Origin: Candidatus Poribacteria bacterium | GTDB lineage: Bacteria > Poribacteria > WGA-4E > WGA-3G | Direction of reading: 5' to 3' | Length of the DNA stretch: 64,000 nt | Assembly: GCA_965197475.1 (NCBI GenBank) | Contig: CBDANF010000003.1 | Coordinates: 3,232,001 to 3,296,000 of the forward strand | Shown here: positions 20,266 through 31,155 of the stretch, piece by piece | How positions within the stretch are numbered: position 1 is the first letter of the stretch | How the letters are laid out: every line of letters starts with the position of its first letter | Made by a program: the position numbers and the translations under genes | The notes under the pieces: generated by a model | Told to the model about the DNA's origin: nothing | The model's database searches: none | What the model saw: the letters and a program-made list of their open reading frames with translations, nothing else

Positions 20266-21096
20266 TTAAGACAAGTTTTTTTGCTCAAATTCCACAGGTG
20301 TCAAATACCCTAACGCAGAGTGAGGGCGTTTGTGATTATACACTTGTGTAATAAAATGCCCAATGCGGGTTCTTGCTTCGTGGATGTCCTCATAGTCATT
20401 GAGATGAACTTCTTCTTCCTTGAGCGTGCGGATAAGTCTTTCAGCATATCCGTTCTCCCAAGGACACCCTCTCCGGGCGACTGAAATCTCAATCCCATGA
20501 TGCCTAAGCAGTGAGATGGACGCATTTGAAAGATATTGAACGCCTTGATCAGAATGATGGATCTCTGGGACACTTTGACATAATGCTGTCTCCAAGGGTT
20601 TCAACGTCAGAGATTGCGTCAAGTGTTGACTGATATGCCACCCTCTGATCATGCGAGTGAAGACATCCATGAGCAGACAAACATAGATAAAGTGTCCTTT
20701 GAGGCGGACGTAGGTAATATCGCCCACCCAGGCCTGATTACATCGGGAGACATCAAGGTTTTCAAGGCGATTGCTCCAGGGACGCACACCCGCAACGGAT
20801 GTCGTGGTTTGACAGACACGCTTGACAGAAACCGAGAGGTTGGCGGACTTCATCAATCGGGCAACACGTTTATACCCGATGGTGTATCCGTTACGCACCA
20901 ACAACTGTGTGGGACGCCTATATCCGTATGTTGGATATAGCAAAGATAACGTCTCTATTTCATCCTGGAGGCCCGCTTCACACGGGGCCTGCTTGGGGTG
21001 ATAATAGAGGTTGCTTCGGTTGAAACCGAGTGTCTCACATATCTGCCGAACCGAAAAGTCTGTCCGTAATGCCGTAACCATTTCTCGCTGCTCCAT
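20266..21096 (-). CDS. IS3 transposase OrfB
   Basis: One residue differs from the 463-1293 product. Confidence 0.95.
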   Translation of the reverse strand: MEQREMVTALRTDFSVRQICETLGFNRSNLYYHPKQAPCEAGLQDEIETLSLLYPTYGYRRPTQLLVRNGYTIGYKRVARLMKSANLSVSVKRVCQTTTSVAGVRPWSNRLENLDVSRCNQAWVGDITYVRLKGHFIYVCLLMDVFTRMIRGWHISQHLTQSLTLKPLETALCQSVPEIHHSDQGVQYLSNASISLLRHHGIEISVARRGCPWENGYAERLIRTLKEEEVHLNDYEDIHEARTRIGHFITQVYNHKRPHSALGYLTPVEFEQKNLS

Positions 21097-21101
21097 CGAG
21101 G

Positions 21102-21392
21102 CTAACTCAAGTAAGTTGAGGCTTTTTTTTGGATGTCAAGTGCCAAGGTCAACCGCCCAACGAGCTGCTCAAGTTGGGCGATCCGCTCCGCAGAGGCATC
21201 AGACTGTTTATCAGCGGGTTCAAAGAGGGTCGCCGCTTTTTCAAGAAGCTGTCGCTTCCACTTTGAAAGTTGTTCATCGATGAGGTTATGTCGCCGACAC
21301 ACTTCTGCTTGGGAACTTTCAACGCTGAGAACCTCAAGAACAACTTCGGCTTTAAACTCGGGGGTGAAGTTTCTTCGTTTTCGTTTCGCCAT
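21102..21392 (-). CDS. IS3 transposase OrfA
   Basis: One residue differs from the 1299-1589 product. Confidence 0.93.
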   Translation of the reverse strand: MAKRKRRNFTPEFKAEVVLEVLSVESSQAEVCRRHNLIDEQLSKWKRQLLEKAATLFEPADKQSDASAERIAQLEQLVGRLTLALDIQKKASTYLS

Positions 21393-23929
21393 CGGATACT
21401 CCTTTCAAGGAGATGGATATTATACCATAATCTTGTCTTAGAGAGTGGCCCGAATTTCCGGTGGCAGTACAAATTACAGCGACAATAGTAATCTCAGGGA
21501 TGTAGAAATTGTCGGAGACATCCATATTACAAAAGATCATTTACAAAATCTCCAAGTATATGTTTTAGTGGTCTCACGTGATATTTCTGCACAGCTGCTT
21601 GATAAATTAGAAATTATTGAAAAAAATACTGGCTTGGATATCGTCTCACTTGTACTGTCTGACGAACTATCAGATATTGGAGCATTGTGTGTTAACTTTT
21701 GGGAGGAAATCTGCCATTTTTTCGACTCATCAAACACAGATGAAGAATTCTTGACTTGGATTGGAGAAATCAAAAATGATTCAGAAACGGAGAAGAAATT
21801 AGAAGAACTCAAATCTAAATTAGACAGTGGAATTCAATCCCAATATCATGTCAAAAAGGATGTTGAAAAATATCTGTTAGATCGTTTTAGCAGGGATGAA
21901 GGCTTTAACCATATTAACTTGTCACAAGCAATAGATCGACAAGAAATAGAATCAAAAATAGCCGATTGGTGGGAAAGGGACGATGTTCCTATTTGTTATC
22001 TTCAAGGTGAGGAAGGTACAGGAAAAACTTGGCTTGCTGCTAAATGGATGAATTCAATTCATGAAAGCGAAAATATTGTTACTTTTTGGTTAGATAGTAA
22101 AGATTGGAATGGGTGTATGTCTATTTCTGATTTGCTTAAGAACTGTTTGAGTTCAATCTATGAGTCTCATAAGCAAGAAAAAATTTCCAAACTTCAAAAC
22201 AAGATAGCGAAAATTTGGAGAAAAACTCTTATAGTCCTCGACGGTGTTAATGAACGTGATGCTATTGAAGCATCACAAGTTATTCTCAGCGAATACTTTC
22301 AACCTGAGAGCGAATGGCAAGATAAAATTCGTTTTCTATTTACCACGCGGCCTTTAGATGATTACCCACATTTTAAGAGATATTTATGGAATAAGTGCCA
22401 TAAAATTCCAGTTCTCCCATTTAATGAGCCTGAATTGCAAGAGGCATTATCCAGAGAAGGAATGCAACCTCATGACTTACCAGATTCATTAAAGGAGATT
22501 GCAAGAATCCCACGATATTTTCAAAGGTATATTGAACTAAAAGATGAGTTAGGTTCTTTTGATGTCGTTACCAAAGAAATGATCTTGTTAGCAGATTTGC
22601 ATTACAAAATTGAACACTCAGATTCACAAATTCGCGAAAAACTCGGATGGACTCGTGTCGAAGATGTTAAAGATTTTCTATTACATCTTGCTCAACAAAT
22701 TGAGTGGAATAAAATTGAGGATGCGCCAATAGTTTCTGCTAAACTCCTTAAAGAATGCTTTTCGGACTACACCAAAACACGCATAGACTTAGAAGAACAA
22801 CGCATTGCCCGTAAAGCAAGGCAATTTCATGCAGAGTTAAGTGCAGACCACGTTTTATTGTGTTGGGCATTTTACCTTTCAACACTTTGTGAGTGTATGG
22901 AATTTACCGAAGTAACAGATTTTGCAAAAGGCTTCCAGAATGCCCTGGAACCAATACCTTCAGAAGACCTGAGAACCGAAGCACTATTTGTTGCGCTGCA
23001 AATCACTGCAATTTCTCCCGATCCAGATATATCACATGATCATCTTTCACAAAAACGGGCTGCATTGATGCTTGCGTGGATTAATAGTCACAACGCACAG
23101 ATTACAAAGGAACGTATTTCTTTTTGGGTAGAAAAAGATACTAACGCTTATGCACAACTTGTTGAAGCTAAATTTCGGGATCAAATTTCACCAAATGAAG
23201 AGGACGCATTTATTGAACCGTTGGCAAAAATCTGGCGAAACCAAAAAGGCCAGCTTAATCACTTAGAATCGCGTCTTACCAAATGGCTTCTTCCTACATA
23301 CACTGATGAATATATAAAAGGCGATATTATTGATCCCAAGAGTCTTCCATTCCCGACAATGTACTATACACATATCCGATTAGCAACAACAGCACTTTCA
23401 ATTTTGTCACAAAGACCAGAGCATCATTTTTTATCTACACTTGCCCGTTGCTATGTAATTCATAAGGAAAACCCACAGTTTAACAAAAATATCGGAAGGT
23501 TAATGCGTTGGGAATTCACTGAAGATGTTTTAGACGATCTACTTACGTTAGCAGGAGAAGTTCAAACCGATGAAACTTTGTTAACAGGAGTGCATGGTTT
23601 AGCGGATGAACTTAATCTGGTAAATTTGCCTCAACTACTGCAGCGTCCGCCTTCTGAGGAGAACAAAGAGTGGAGAGAATTTGCCGAACAATGGAATAAG
23701 AAATTCAAGCCCTTTATTGATCGTATCCGTGCCCAAGAAAAGTTATTAAAAGACAGGTCACCAGAAGAAAATGTGAAAGACAATTACCATGGTCTTGATT
23801 ATTTAGCAATTCGGACAGATTTGCCGGATTTGCGTGATGATGATTTAGTTAGAATCAAGGAGGTATTACAGTACATTTTAGAAAATACTGAACTTGGTAC
23901 GGGGGTAGATGCTACACTTGAGGATTATT

Positions 23930-24970
23930 AGACATTATAACTAATTAGTTGTCCGTTTGGTTAGTCTCTATTATACTTATTACAATCGGACAATAGGAGG
24001 CTAACTCATGATAAGTTTTCAAGAACTAAGGGACAAACCTGATACGCTCCTGTCCCTCACCGGATATACCTTAGAAGATTGGACTGAACTATCACCTTAT
24101 TTTACTAAATGTTTTTTAGAGTATGTTCAAACACATACCCTTGCAGGAAAACCGCGCAAAAAACGGAGATATAAACCGTATAAAAATAGTCGTTTTGATA
24201 CACCTGAAGATATGTTGCTATTTATACTGATTTACCTTCGTGAAGCACCGAAACAAGTGCTATTCGGTGCGCTCTTTGGCATGTCTCAACCTCTTGCTAA
24301 TAGATGGATTCACTTGCTTTTATCGATATTGAACAAAGCATTAGCAGAACTTGGAGAGTTGCCATCTCGGGAAACAGACCCCGCACCTATATGTGCTCCA
24401 TCAAAAGTATCAACTCAAAATCAAGAAGGAGAACATTTTTTTCATGATAGCACCGAACGCCCTATACGACGCCCAAAAGACCCGTCAACTCAAAAGGCGT
24501 ATTATAGTGGTAAAAAGAAATGCCATACAGTGAAAAATAATCTGATTATCAATGAGACCTGCAAAGTCGTCCTATTGACACCTTCTTTTGAAGGAAGACA
24601 CCCTGACAAACACATAGCCGATATGGTGGGCTATTGTGTGCCACAGGGTAGCACATTGTCCCAAGATACCGGTTTTCAGGGTTTCGTTCTCCCGGATATA
24701 AACATCATTCAACCAAAGAAAAAACCGAGAGGTAGAGAACGGACGAATGAAGAAAAAGAAAACAATAGAAAGATAGCGTCTATACGCATACGCGTTGAAC
24801 ATGCGATTAGTGGTGTCAAAAGATGCCGCATTGTCAAAGATAAACTCAGGAATTGGAAGAAAGGGTTTTGTGATTTAGTTATGGAAACTTGTTGTGGTTT
24901 ACACAACTTCCGACTAAACTTTAGACCCTCGCGTTATGAAACTCCTGTTATTTAAATCATTATAATGTCT
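23930..24970 (+). mobile_element. IS5-family (ISL2-like) element, intact, 1041 bp
   Basis: TIR AGACATTATAA; ATT duplication at 23927-23929 and 24971-24973; near-identical to 18842-19882. Confidence 0.93.
24008..24955 (+). CDS. IS5-family transposase
   Basis: One residue differs from the 18857-19804 product. Confidence 0.92.
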   Translation: MISFQELRDKPDTLLSLTGYTLEDWTELSPYFTKCFLEYVQTHTLAGKPRKKRRYKPYKNSRFDTPEDMLLFILIYLREAPKQVLFGALFGMSQPLANRWIHLLLSILNKALAELGELPSRETDPAPICAPSKVSTQNQEGEHFFHDSTERPIRRPKDPSTQKAYYSGKKKCHTVKNNLIINETCKVVLLTPSFEGRHPDKHIADMVGYCVPQGSTLSQDTGFQGFVLPDINIIQPKKKPRGRERTNEEKENNRKIASIRIRVEHAISGVKRCRIVKDKLRNWKKGFCDLVMETCCGLHNFRLNFRPSRYETPVI

Positions 24971-26858
24971 ATTGTATACAAAACTTAATACCATGGGTTG
25001 CCAAGAATGATCCTAAAGGTTACGCCGAACTTGCCTGCAATCTGAAACTTAACACCCTGAATCAAAGATGGGCACAGTTCAAACTTTTGTCAATTCAAGG
25101 ACTTATTTTTACTGATAAAGATTGCGAAAAAATTTCGACAGCAATTCTTGGAATGAAGCAGGATCTCATTCAAGACGTTCATACGGACGAATCATCTTCT
25201 AATGCTTCTTATTTGACTTCCTTGCTGACAAAAACCTTACTATTTTCTGCTTCTGAGGAAAACTCAAATTACTTGATTGATTGGTTTGAATTTCTGAGTT
25301 CAGTGGAACCTCTTAGGCATTCAATTGGTGGAGGCTTGATTACGCATTTGCTCATGAAATTGTTACCAGATGAAATTGTTAAAAAGGCAAAGAAAAAATC
25401 GGAAACACTTAGATCTTCCCCCGAAGATGATCATATTGTGTCTAACGGAAACCAAGGAAAATTATCGGAACGGGATTATTGGTGTGCGCTTTACGCTGGT
25501 GGAACTCAAATTGATGACAACGCATTATTGTGGGCGTTGGAAGAGTTGAAACTGAGAGAACCTGATTCAACTGGAACATCTCCAATACTTTATTTAACAT
25601 TATCAGATTCATACTTATTTCTAACTGAAACTCTGACCGATGAGAAAATACGTGAACATCTTTTGTCGCAAAATGGGAGACAGTTCACTATACCAATTTA
25701 CAAAGGTAAAGATATCCCATCATATGAGACGCTCATATCATTACTGCCTTTAGAAATTATTGGATGTTTTCTCTGTATGCCAAATCAACGTCACAATTTT
25801 TCACGATGGGGCAAGGAGTTTATAGAGAATATGTGTTCAATTCTTCAAGATGGAGAAACAGATCTCAATCATGTTGAGGAAACACAGTTTGTGGTCAACG
25901 AAGAAGTACTTCAGAAATGGGCAAAACAGAACATGGAAGTTTTCAAGCAATTAGCGGACCAATATCTCACCGTAATTTCCCACCCTTCACAGTACTATGG
26001 TCCACTACGGAACTTTACAGATACCGTTTTCCGTTTGCTATTACGCTTTGAACCGAATATGGCAATACGGTATTACCGCCAATGGAATGCAGTAAACTGT
26101 ATGACTCAATACGAAGCAACAAATTTCCTCTATCAACTCTGGCAAGTGGAGTTTTATAAACATCCTGAACATCGTCAGTTCAGACAGGAACTCTTAGAGG
26201 AATGTCAAAATGATGAAGAAATAATGTTTATGACAATTGCTGCTTTGGCTGGAGGAGGTAAAGAAGAATTATGGAATTTGGTGACACATGAATTTTTAAA
26301 GAGCCATTATGCAAAGGAACGCAATCTTGGTGTTTCGATTCTACCATGGTTTGGAACCGACGATGCTGTTGAATTGCTTGAAAATTTGAAATCAAACGAT
26401 AAAAGTTGGTGGGTTCGTAATCACGCTGCATGGGCGTACGAAATTGCCCAACAAGAACGTAGTTGCCGAGAAGTCTACAGAGAAACTTTACAAACCCGTG
26501 ACTTATTTCGAATTTCCGCTGTTTTTGAGCAAATGATACCCGCTCTTTCACCTACTGCTAAATGATGGCATTACCAAATTGAAGAAAAAGTAGAACTCTA
26601 TAAAGAATCACAAGATAACGATCCTAAACTCCATGCTCTCGTTTACCGATTTTGGTATAGGTGGGGAAATTCATCAAAGACGAAACAAAACGTTGAGATA
26701 TGGGGGAGAAAACTTAGTGAATATTGCCGCGGTGAAAAACTTGGTTTCGGTTCACCTCCCCGACTTGCACCGTGGTGGAAACCTGAGTAAGTAAAAATAT
26801 TGACAGGGTTAAAGCGCACATTCATGTCCTAAAATATCATTTGAAAGGAAAACCCCTA

Positions 26859-27684
26859 ATGATCGGCATATCATATCATGCAGGTGGCATGAAAGACCTG
26901 CCACTCCAAGAAGTTATCTCTATCCTCTCCGAAGTCGGCTACGATGCGATTGAGATGATGTGCGGACCAGAAGCACATATCCCCTCTGGCGAGATAACAG
27001 ATACCCTCCTCAAAGAAGTTAAAACGATGACAACCGACTACGGATTAAAGGTCTCTGTCATTAATCCATTTACCGGAAAGGGACTGTATCAACTGGCATT
27101 AGAGGATAAGCAAGCAGCGATTGATCACTATGCCATGCTTCAAGATGTGGCAGTAGCACTTGGGGCACACGGAGTCAATTTTCTCCTGGATACGGAGGAG
27201 AAAAGGGTGATGCGTTTGCGTGGAAATTGCTTGTTGATATGCTAAAGCCGATCTGCCGCCGTGCCGAAGAGCTTGGGATAACGATGAATATCCACAATCA
27301 CGAAGCTACGACAATTGATTCATCATCTAAAGTCACCCTGCTGATTGAACATGTAGGATCCGACTCTCTGAAGGCACTCAATGACATCACCAATTTCTAT
27401 CACTTAGGTGAGGATATTGCTGAAGTCACCGAAAAATTGGGACATTTAACTGCACACTGCCATATCAAAGGCGTAACAGGCATGTATCCCTACAGCACAT
27501 TTCTAATTCCCGGTGAGGAAGGTGACGAGTTAGATTTTCACACTTTCGCTGAAAGCTTAGGCAAAGCCGGCTACGATAATATATATCTGTGGAAACCTTT
27601 CCGCAAATGCGAATGGAAAAGGCACAAATTGCTTATGACATGATGGCGCGGACTTTAAATGAGTTAGAACTTATAGCAAATTAA
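26859..27684 (+). pseudogene. Sugar phosphate isomerase/epimerase (xylose-isomerase-like TIM barrel) with two apparent single-base deletions
   Basis: GYDAIE, HNHE, D..N and HCHIK motifs. Adding one base near 27185 and one near 27579 gives ...GVNFLPGYGGEKG... and ...GYDKYISVETFP.... Confidence 0.75.
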
Positions 27685-27774
27685 CTGGATTTATCTTATT
27701 TTCTTGGTATTAGGTGCGGTTAGGAAACCGCACCTACCGTCCGGAAAACAGGACAATCCTGTTAATTTGATATA
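27672..27774. mobile_element. MITE-like element carrying a different REP hairpin
   Basis: tatagcaaattaactggatttatcttattttct...taggtgcggtt-agg-aaaccgcaccta...gttaatttgatata. Confidence 0.65.
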
Positions 27775-27854
27775 ATACCATTTCTTGTATATATTTATCC
27801 TTTTAAAGATTTTCAATTTCTGCTACACTTTTTCCAATTATACAAATCATAGGA

Positions 27855-28367
27855 TTGATACCAATGCACATAAAACCTCCAGAGATTACAGAAAGTGTTT
27901 CAGAGTTGAAAAGCCTGTTGAGAAAGACATCAGTAGGTTATCAAAAGCAAAGATTGACAGCCCTTTACCTATTTCGTAGTGGTCAAGCGACAACTCACAA
28001 ACAAGCAGCCGCGCTGATAGGTGTTAACCGAAAAACGATTGGACACTGGATAGCGACTTATGAGACTGAAGGACTTGATGCGCTTTTGGATCGGCATTAT
28101 TCCCCGGGGTGTCCCCCTCGGCTATCTAAAGAACAACAAGATCTGTTGCGGGCGGAACTTGAAAAACCGGAGGGTTTTTCAAGTTATCAACAGATAACAG
28201 ACTATATTGAAGAAACCTTCGGTGTCCAAATGCACTATAAAACTGTTCACGCGTTAGTTCGCTATAAATGGAAAGCCAAACTCAAAGTGCCTCGCAAAAG
28301 TCATAAAAAAACCAAAAAGCGTGTGATGCGTTCGCTGCCAACTTCGCGACAACCGTTGAGAACGTGA
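27855..28367 (+). CDS. IS630 transposase N-terminal HTH part
   Basis: HTH motif, W...Y...GL..LL, and KLKVPRKSHKK. Confidence 0.88.
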   Translation: MIPMHIKPPEITESVSELKSLLRKTSVGYQKQRLTALYLFRSGQATTHKQAAALIGVNRKTIGHWIATYETEGLDALLDRHYSPGCPPRLSKEQQDLLRAELEKPEGFSSYQQITDYIEETFGVQMHYKTVHALVRYKWKAKLKVPRKSHKKTKKRVMRSLPTSRQPLRT

Positions 28368-28912
28368 TTTCGCAGCACACATCATCTTTTCAAAACGCCC
28401 GACTTTTTTGCCAAGATGAGTCAAGATGCGGTCTTTTGCCTGTGTCGTCTCGGCGTATTACTGTGTCCGGTGTCAAACCGATTGCCAACATCAATTACAC
28501 TTTCCAGAACCTTTATCTATACGGTGCTGTGGAACCGATAACAGGAGAAAGTTTCTTCCTTGAAATGCCCTGGCTCAATGGTGTCTGTTTCCAAGTATTC
28601 ATTGATGAGTTAGCAAAGACTTTTCCAGAGACGCTAAATATCCTTGTGCTTGATAATGGTCGTTTTCATCAGGCGAAATCCTTACAACTTCCTGATAACA
28701 TCGCCTTGATTTTTCTACCCCCTTATAGTCCAGAGTTGAACCCGATCGAAAGACTCTGGCAAGACATCAAAGCCAAATTGTTTCAGCACACATTGGGGTC
28801 AATAGAGGAAATGCAGGACAAAATCACACAAATCTTGAGAAAGTATACGAAGGCAGCTATTGCTCAAATCACAAATTTTAGATATTTCACGAAAGGCGCA
28901 AATGGAATATAA
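28364..28912 (+). CDS. IS630 transposase DDE_3 catalytic part
   Basis: QDESR, LDNGRFH and FLPPYSPELNPIERLW motifs. Confidence 0.92.
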   Translation: MISQHTSSFQNARLFCQDESRCGLLPVSSRRITVSGVKPIANINYTFQNLYLYGAVEPITGESFFLEMPWLNGVCFQVFIDELAKTFPETLNILVLDNGRFHQAKSLQLPDNIALIFLPPYSPELNPIERLWQDIKAKLFQHTLGSIEEMQDKITQILRKYTKAAIAQITNFRYFTKGANGI

Positions 28913-29010
28913 TTATTCAGAAATGGTATTACTTTCTTATCAGTATTTTCGCGTGGCAGTGAACTTGTCTGCGGTGTGGGTATAGAAATTAAGGACAATA
29001 CGTGGCAGTT

Positions 29011-30519
29011 TCAATGTTTATTTTTGTTTATATCATCTGATGCTTTTTGCGGATCAACTATCTGCCCATTTTTAAGAGTCGGTTGGAAACGGCTACCATG
29101 CCGATCAGAAACGTTTGCCTTAGATAAGTTCACTGTTGATGCTTTAATAGCGATAACTTCAAACGTAAGGACTGCAAGTGTGCCACTACTACTATCGGCT
29201 TTGACAGGAGAGGTAGCGGCAAGCGTCACGTGATTCTTATTCAAAAAGTGAGACACAAAAGACGCTTTATCGGATAGATAGTTCCCGTTGCTGCTTGAAA
29301 CATATCGCAGACACGCTTCATCAAACTCCACGGTTAACCGATAGCCTGTAATGTCTTGCCCATTGGCAATATCAAGGTTGAAGATTAGCTTCTCTCCGAT
29401 AGTAGGAGACTTCACCGGAGAAGGTGTAACACTAACAAGAGGAGTGGGGAATTTCCACAACCGGACAGTGCTATCAAAACTTCCGCTTGCGAGCATTAGC
29501 CCATCTGGACTATAGGCAAGGGATGCAATACCTGCTTCATGACCTGTAAGTGTGGCTTTATGTTGTCCGGTGCCAGCGTTCCACAAGGAAACCGTCTTGT
29601 CCAAACTTCCACTGGCAATAGTGGCTCCATCTGGACTGAAGGCAAGAGAATAGACATCATTCATGTGTCCAGTAAGCGTAGTTTCCAGTTTTTTGGTGCG
29701 GAGATCCCACACCCAAATATCTCCACCTGTTATTTGACCTTTCTGAGGATCAAGGGAGGCAAAGCGTCCTGTAAACCTTAATCCCCCACCTCCTGCGAGC
29801 TTAGTCCCATCAGAACTAAAAGCGAGCACATACACATCATGTGTGTGTCCTTTAAGTGTGGTTTGGCGTTTTTTGGCGAGTACATTCCATAACCAAACAT
29901 CTCCGACATTATCTCTATCCGCTTCTCTACCTGTTTCTGCAGTAGGACGGAACCCCACACGTTGTAGTCCACTTCCACTAATAAGTGTCCTCCCGTGTGG
30001 GCTGAATGCTAAAGAGTAGATGTATTCTTTATGTCCTTTAAAGGCATCTTTGAAAGTTCCAGTGCGACCATCAAACAGTTGAATCGTTTTGTCTTCACCG
30101 CCACTGGCAAGCAGGTTACCATCTGGACTGAACGCCAAGGAATAGACACCACCTATATGCCACCAGATGGTATTTAAGAGTTTTCCAGTGTGTACATCCC
30201 ACAACCGAATGCTGTAATCTTCACTTCCACTCGCGAGTATCGTCCCATCCGGACTGAACGCTACGCAATAAACATAATCCGTATGTCCTTCAAAGGTAGC
30301 TTTGGTGCTTCCAGTGTGTATGTCCCATAACCGGATCGTCTTATCCCAACTACTACTCGCAAGCGTTTGTCCATCCGGACTAAACGCTACGGAAGTAACT
30401 CTATCCGTATGTCCTTTAAGGACATGTGAATCAACAGTAGGATTTTGTGCAAAGGCATTTGATAGAAATAGATTCCAAACAATAATTAAGCTAAAAGTGA
30501 GAACCATCGCTCTTCTCAT
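29011..30519 (-). CDS. Secreted WD40-repeat protein with a C-terminal cohesin-like domain
   Basis: Signal peptide; about 7 GH...V.S.AFSPDG..LASGS.D..I.LW repeats; then [17 protein letters not shown]...L.YVS...[10 protein letters not shown]. Confidence 0.88.
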   Translation of the reverse strand: MRRAMVLTFSLIIVWNLFLSNAFAQNPTVDSHVLKGHTDRVTSVAFSPDGQTLASSSWDKTIRLWDIHTGSTKATFEGHTDYVYCVAFSPDGTILASGSEDYSIRLWDVHTGKLLNTIWWHIGGVYSLAFSPDGNLLASGGEDKTIQLFDGRTGTFKDAFKGHKEYIYSLAFSPHGRTLISGSGLQRVGFRPTAETGREADRDNVGDVWLWNVLAKKRQTTLKGHTHDVYVLAFSSDGTKLAGGGGLRFTGRFASLDPQKGQITGGDIWVWDLRTKKLETTLTGHMNDVYSLAFSPDGATIASGSLDKTVSLWNAGTGQHKATLTGHEAGIASLAYSPDGLMLASGSFDSTVRLWKFPTPLVSVTPSPVKSPTIGEKLIFNLDIANGQDITGYRLTVEFDEACLRYVSSSNGNYLSDKASFVSHFLNKNHVTLAATSPVKADSSSGTLAVLTFEVIAIKASTVNLSKANVSDRHGSRFQPTLKNGQIVDPQKASDDINKNKH

Positions 30520-30678
30520 GAAATTAATTCCTCCTGTATGTAATAAGAAGTTTTCAAGTGTGTTTCTGCGATTTGTACAAGCAATTAGAACTTAGAAAAT
30601 TTATTGGCTCATGTAAAAAGTGTGTGCGGTTGTTTTTAATGAAGGCAATGGCCACATGGGTTAAACTTTTTCATTTGC

Positions 30679-30740
30679 GCTCCGTAGGAGCGGGAGTGCT
30701 GCGTTGGATGGTTACTATAAACATATTGCTCCTACGGAGC
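30679..30740. repeat. REP-like inverted pair GCTCCGTAGGAGC...GCTCCTACGGAGC
   Basis: Perfect 13-bp IR; each arm is itself a hairpin. Confidence 0.65.
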
Positions 30741-30767
30741 AAAGGTATTTGTTTTGGTTTTTGTGGT

Positions 30768-30860
30768 TATACTAAATTAACGGGATTAGTCTTATTTTCT
30801 GGGCAGACTGCGCGCTTACAAAGCGCGCCTACCGAATGGGATCAAGTTAATTTGGTATTA
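30768..30860. mobile_element. MITE-like element (third copy) with an internal REP hairpin
   Basis: tatactaaattaac...gcgcgcttacaaagcgcgcctacc...agttaatttggtatta. Confidence 0.7.
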
Positions 30861-31071
30861 GATGGACGTAAGCGAAACATAACATCCAAATTTGAACTCT
30901 TTTATCGAACTCACGTTTTAATTCCTAAAATTAAAATATAATTTCTCTATATGGTTATTATGCCACAGTTTAATCAATGTGTCCAATAATTTACAAAGTA
31001 TAATTTCAGGAAAAATACATAGTCCTAAGAATTATTAAATTGTGTTTAATGATGCCTCGGCTAAAAAAGAC

Positions 31072-31101
31072 ATGACACTAAATCGAAAATTTTGATATAA
31101 T
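31072..31101 (+). promoter_or_regulatory. Putative sigma70 promoter
   Basis: ATGACA-18bp-TATAAT with an extended -10 TG, upstream of 31156. Confidence 0.5.
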
Positions 31102-31155
31102 TCTCACACGCACTTCTACCAACAATCAGAATTTGTTAACCAAAAGGATACAAAA

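Larger units (their letters stand above)
20227..21471 (-). mobile_element. IS3-family insertion sequence, copy 2
   Basis: Same ends and ORFs as 424-1668 with a few SNPs; flanks CCT and AAT, no target duplication. Confidence 0.95.
21472..26790 (+). pseudogene. Large STAND/NACHT-like NTPase (Avs-like candidate) disrupted by IS3 at the 5' end, IS5 at 23930-24970 and an in-frame TGA at 26563-26565
   Basis: Walker A GEEGTGKT, Walker B LIVLDGVNE, FTTR and IPRYF motifs. Removing IS5 and one ATT restores ...LEDY-CIQNLIPW... in frame with ORF 25087-26565. The frame continues 74 codons past the TGA to TAA at 26790. Confidence 0.8.
27775..28929 (+). mobile_element. IS630-family element
   Basis: TIR ATACCATTTCT...AGAAATGGTAT flanked by a TA duplication; two ORFs linked by a -1 frameshift at an A7 run (about 28305-28311). 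Confidence 0.92.

Noticed and set aside
21445-21471. GTG start for the STAND gene
   Set aside because: It lies inside the IS3 inverted repeat, so it is a fortuitous in-frame start and not the native one.
18842-24970. Composite transposon formed by the two inverted IS5 copies
   Set aside because: Each copy has its own ATT duplication, and the second cleanly interrupts one gene, indicating independent insertions.
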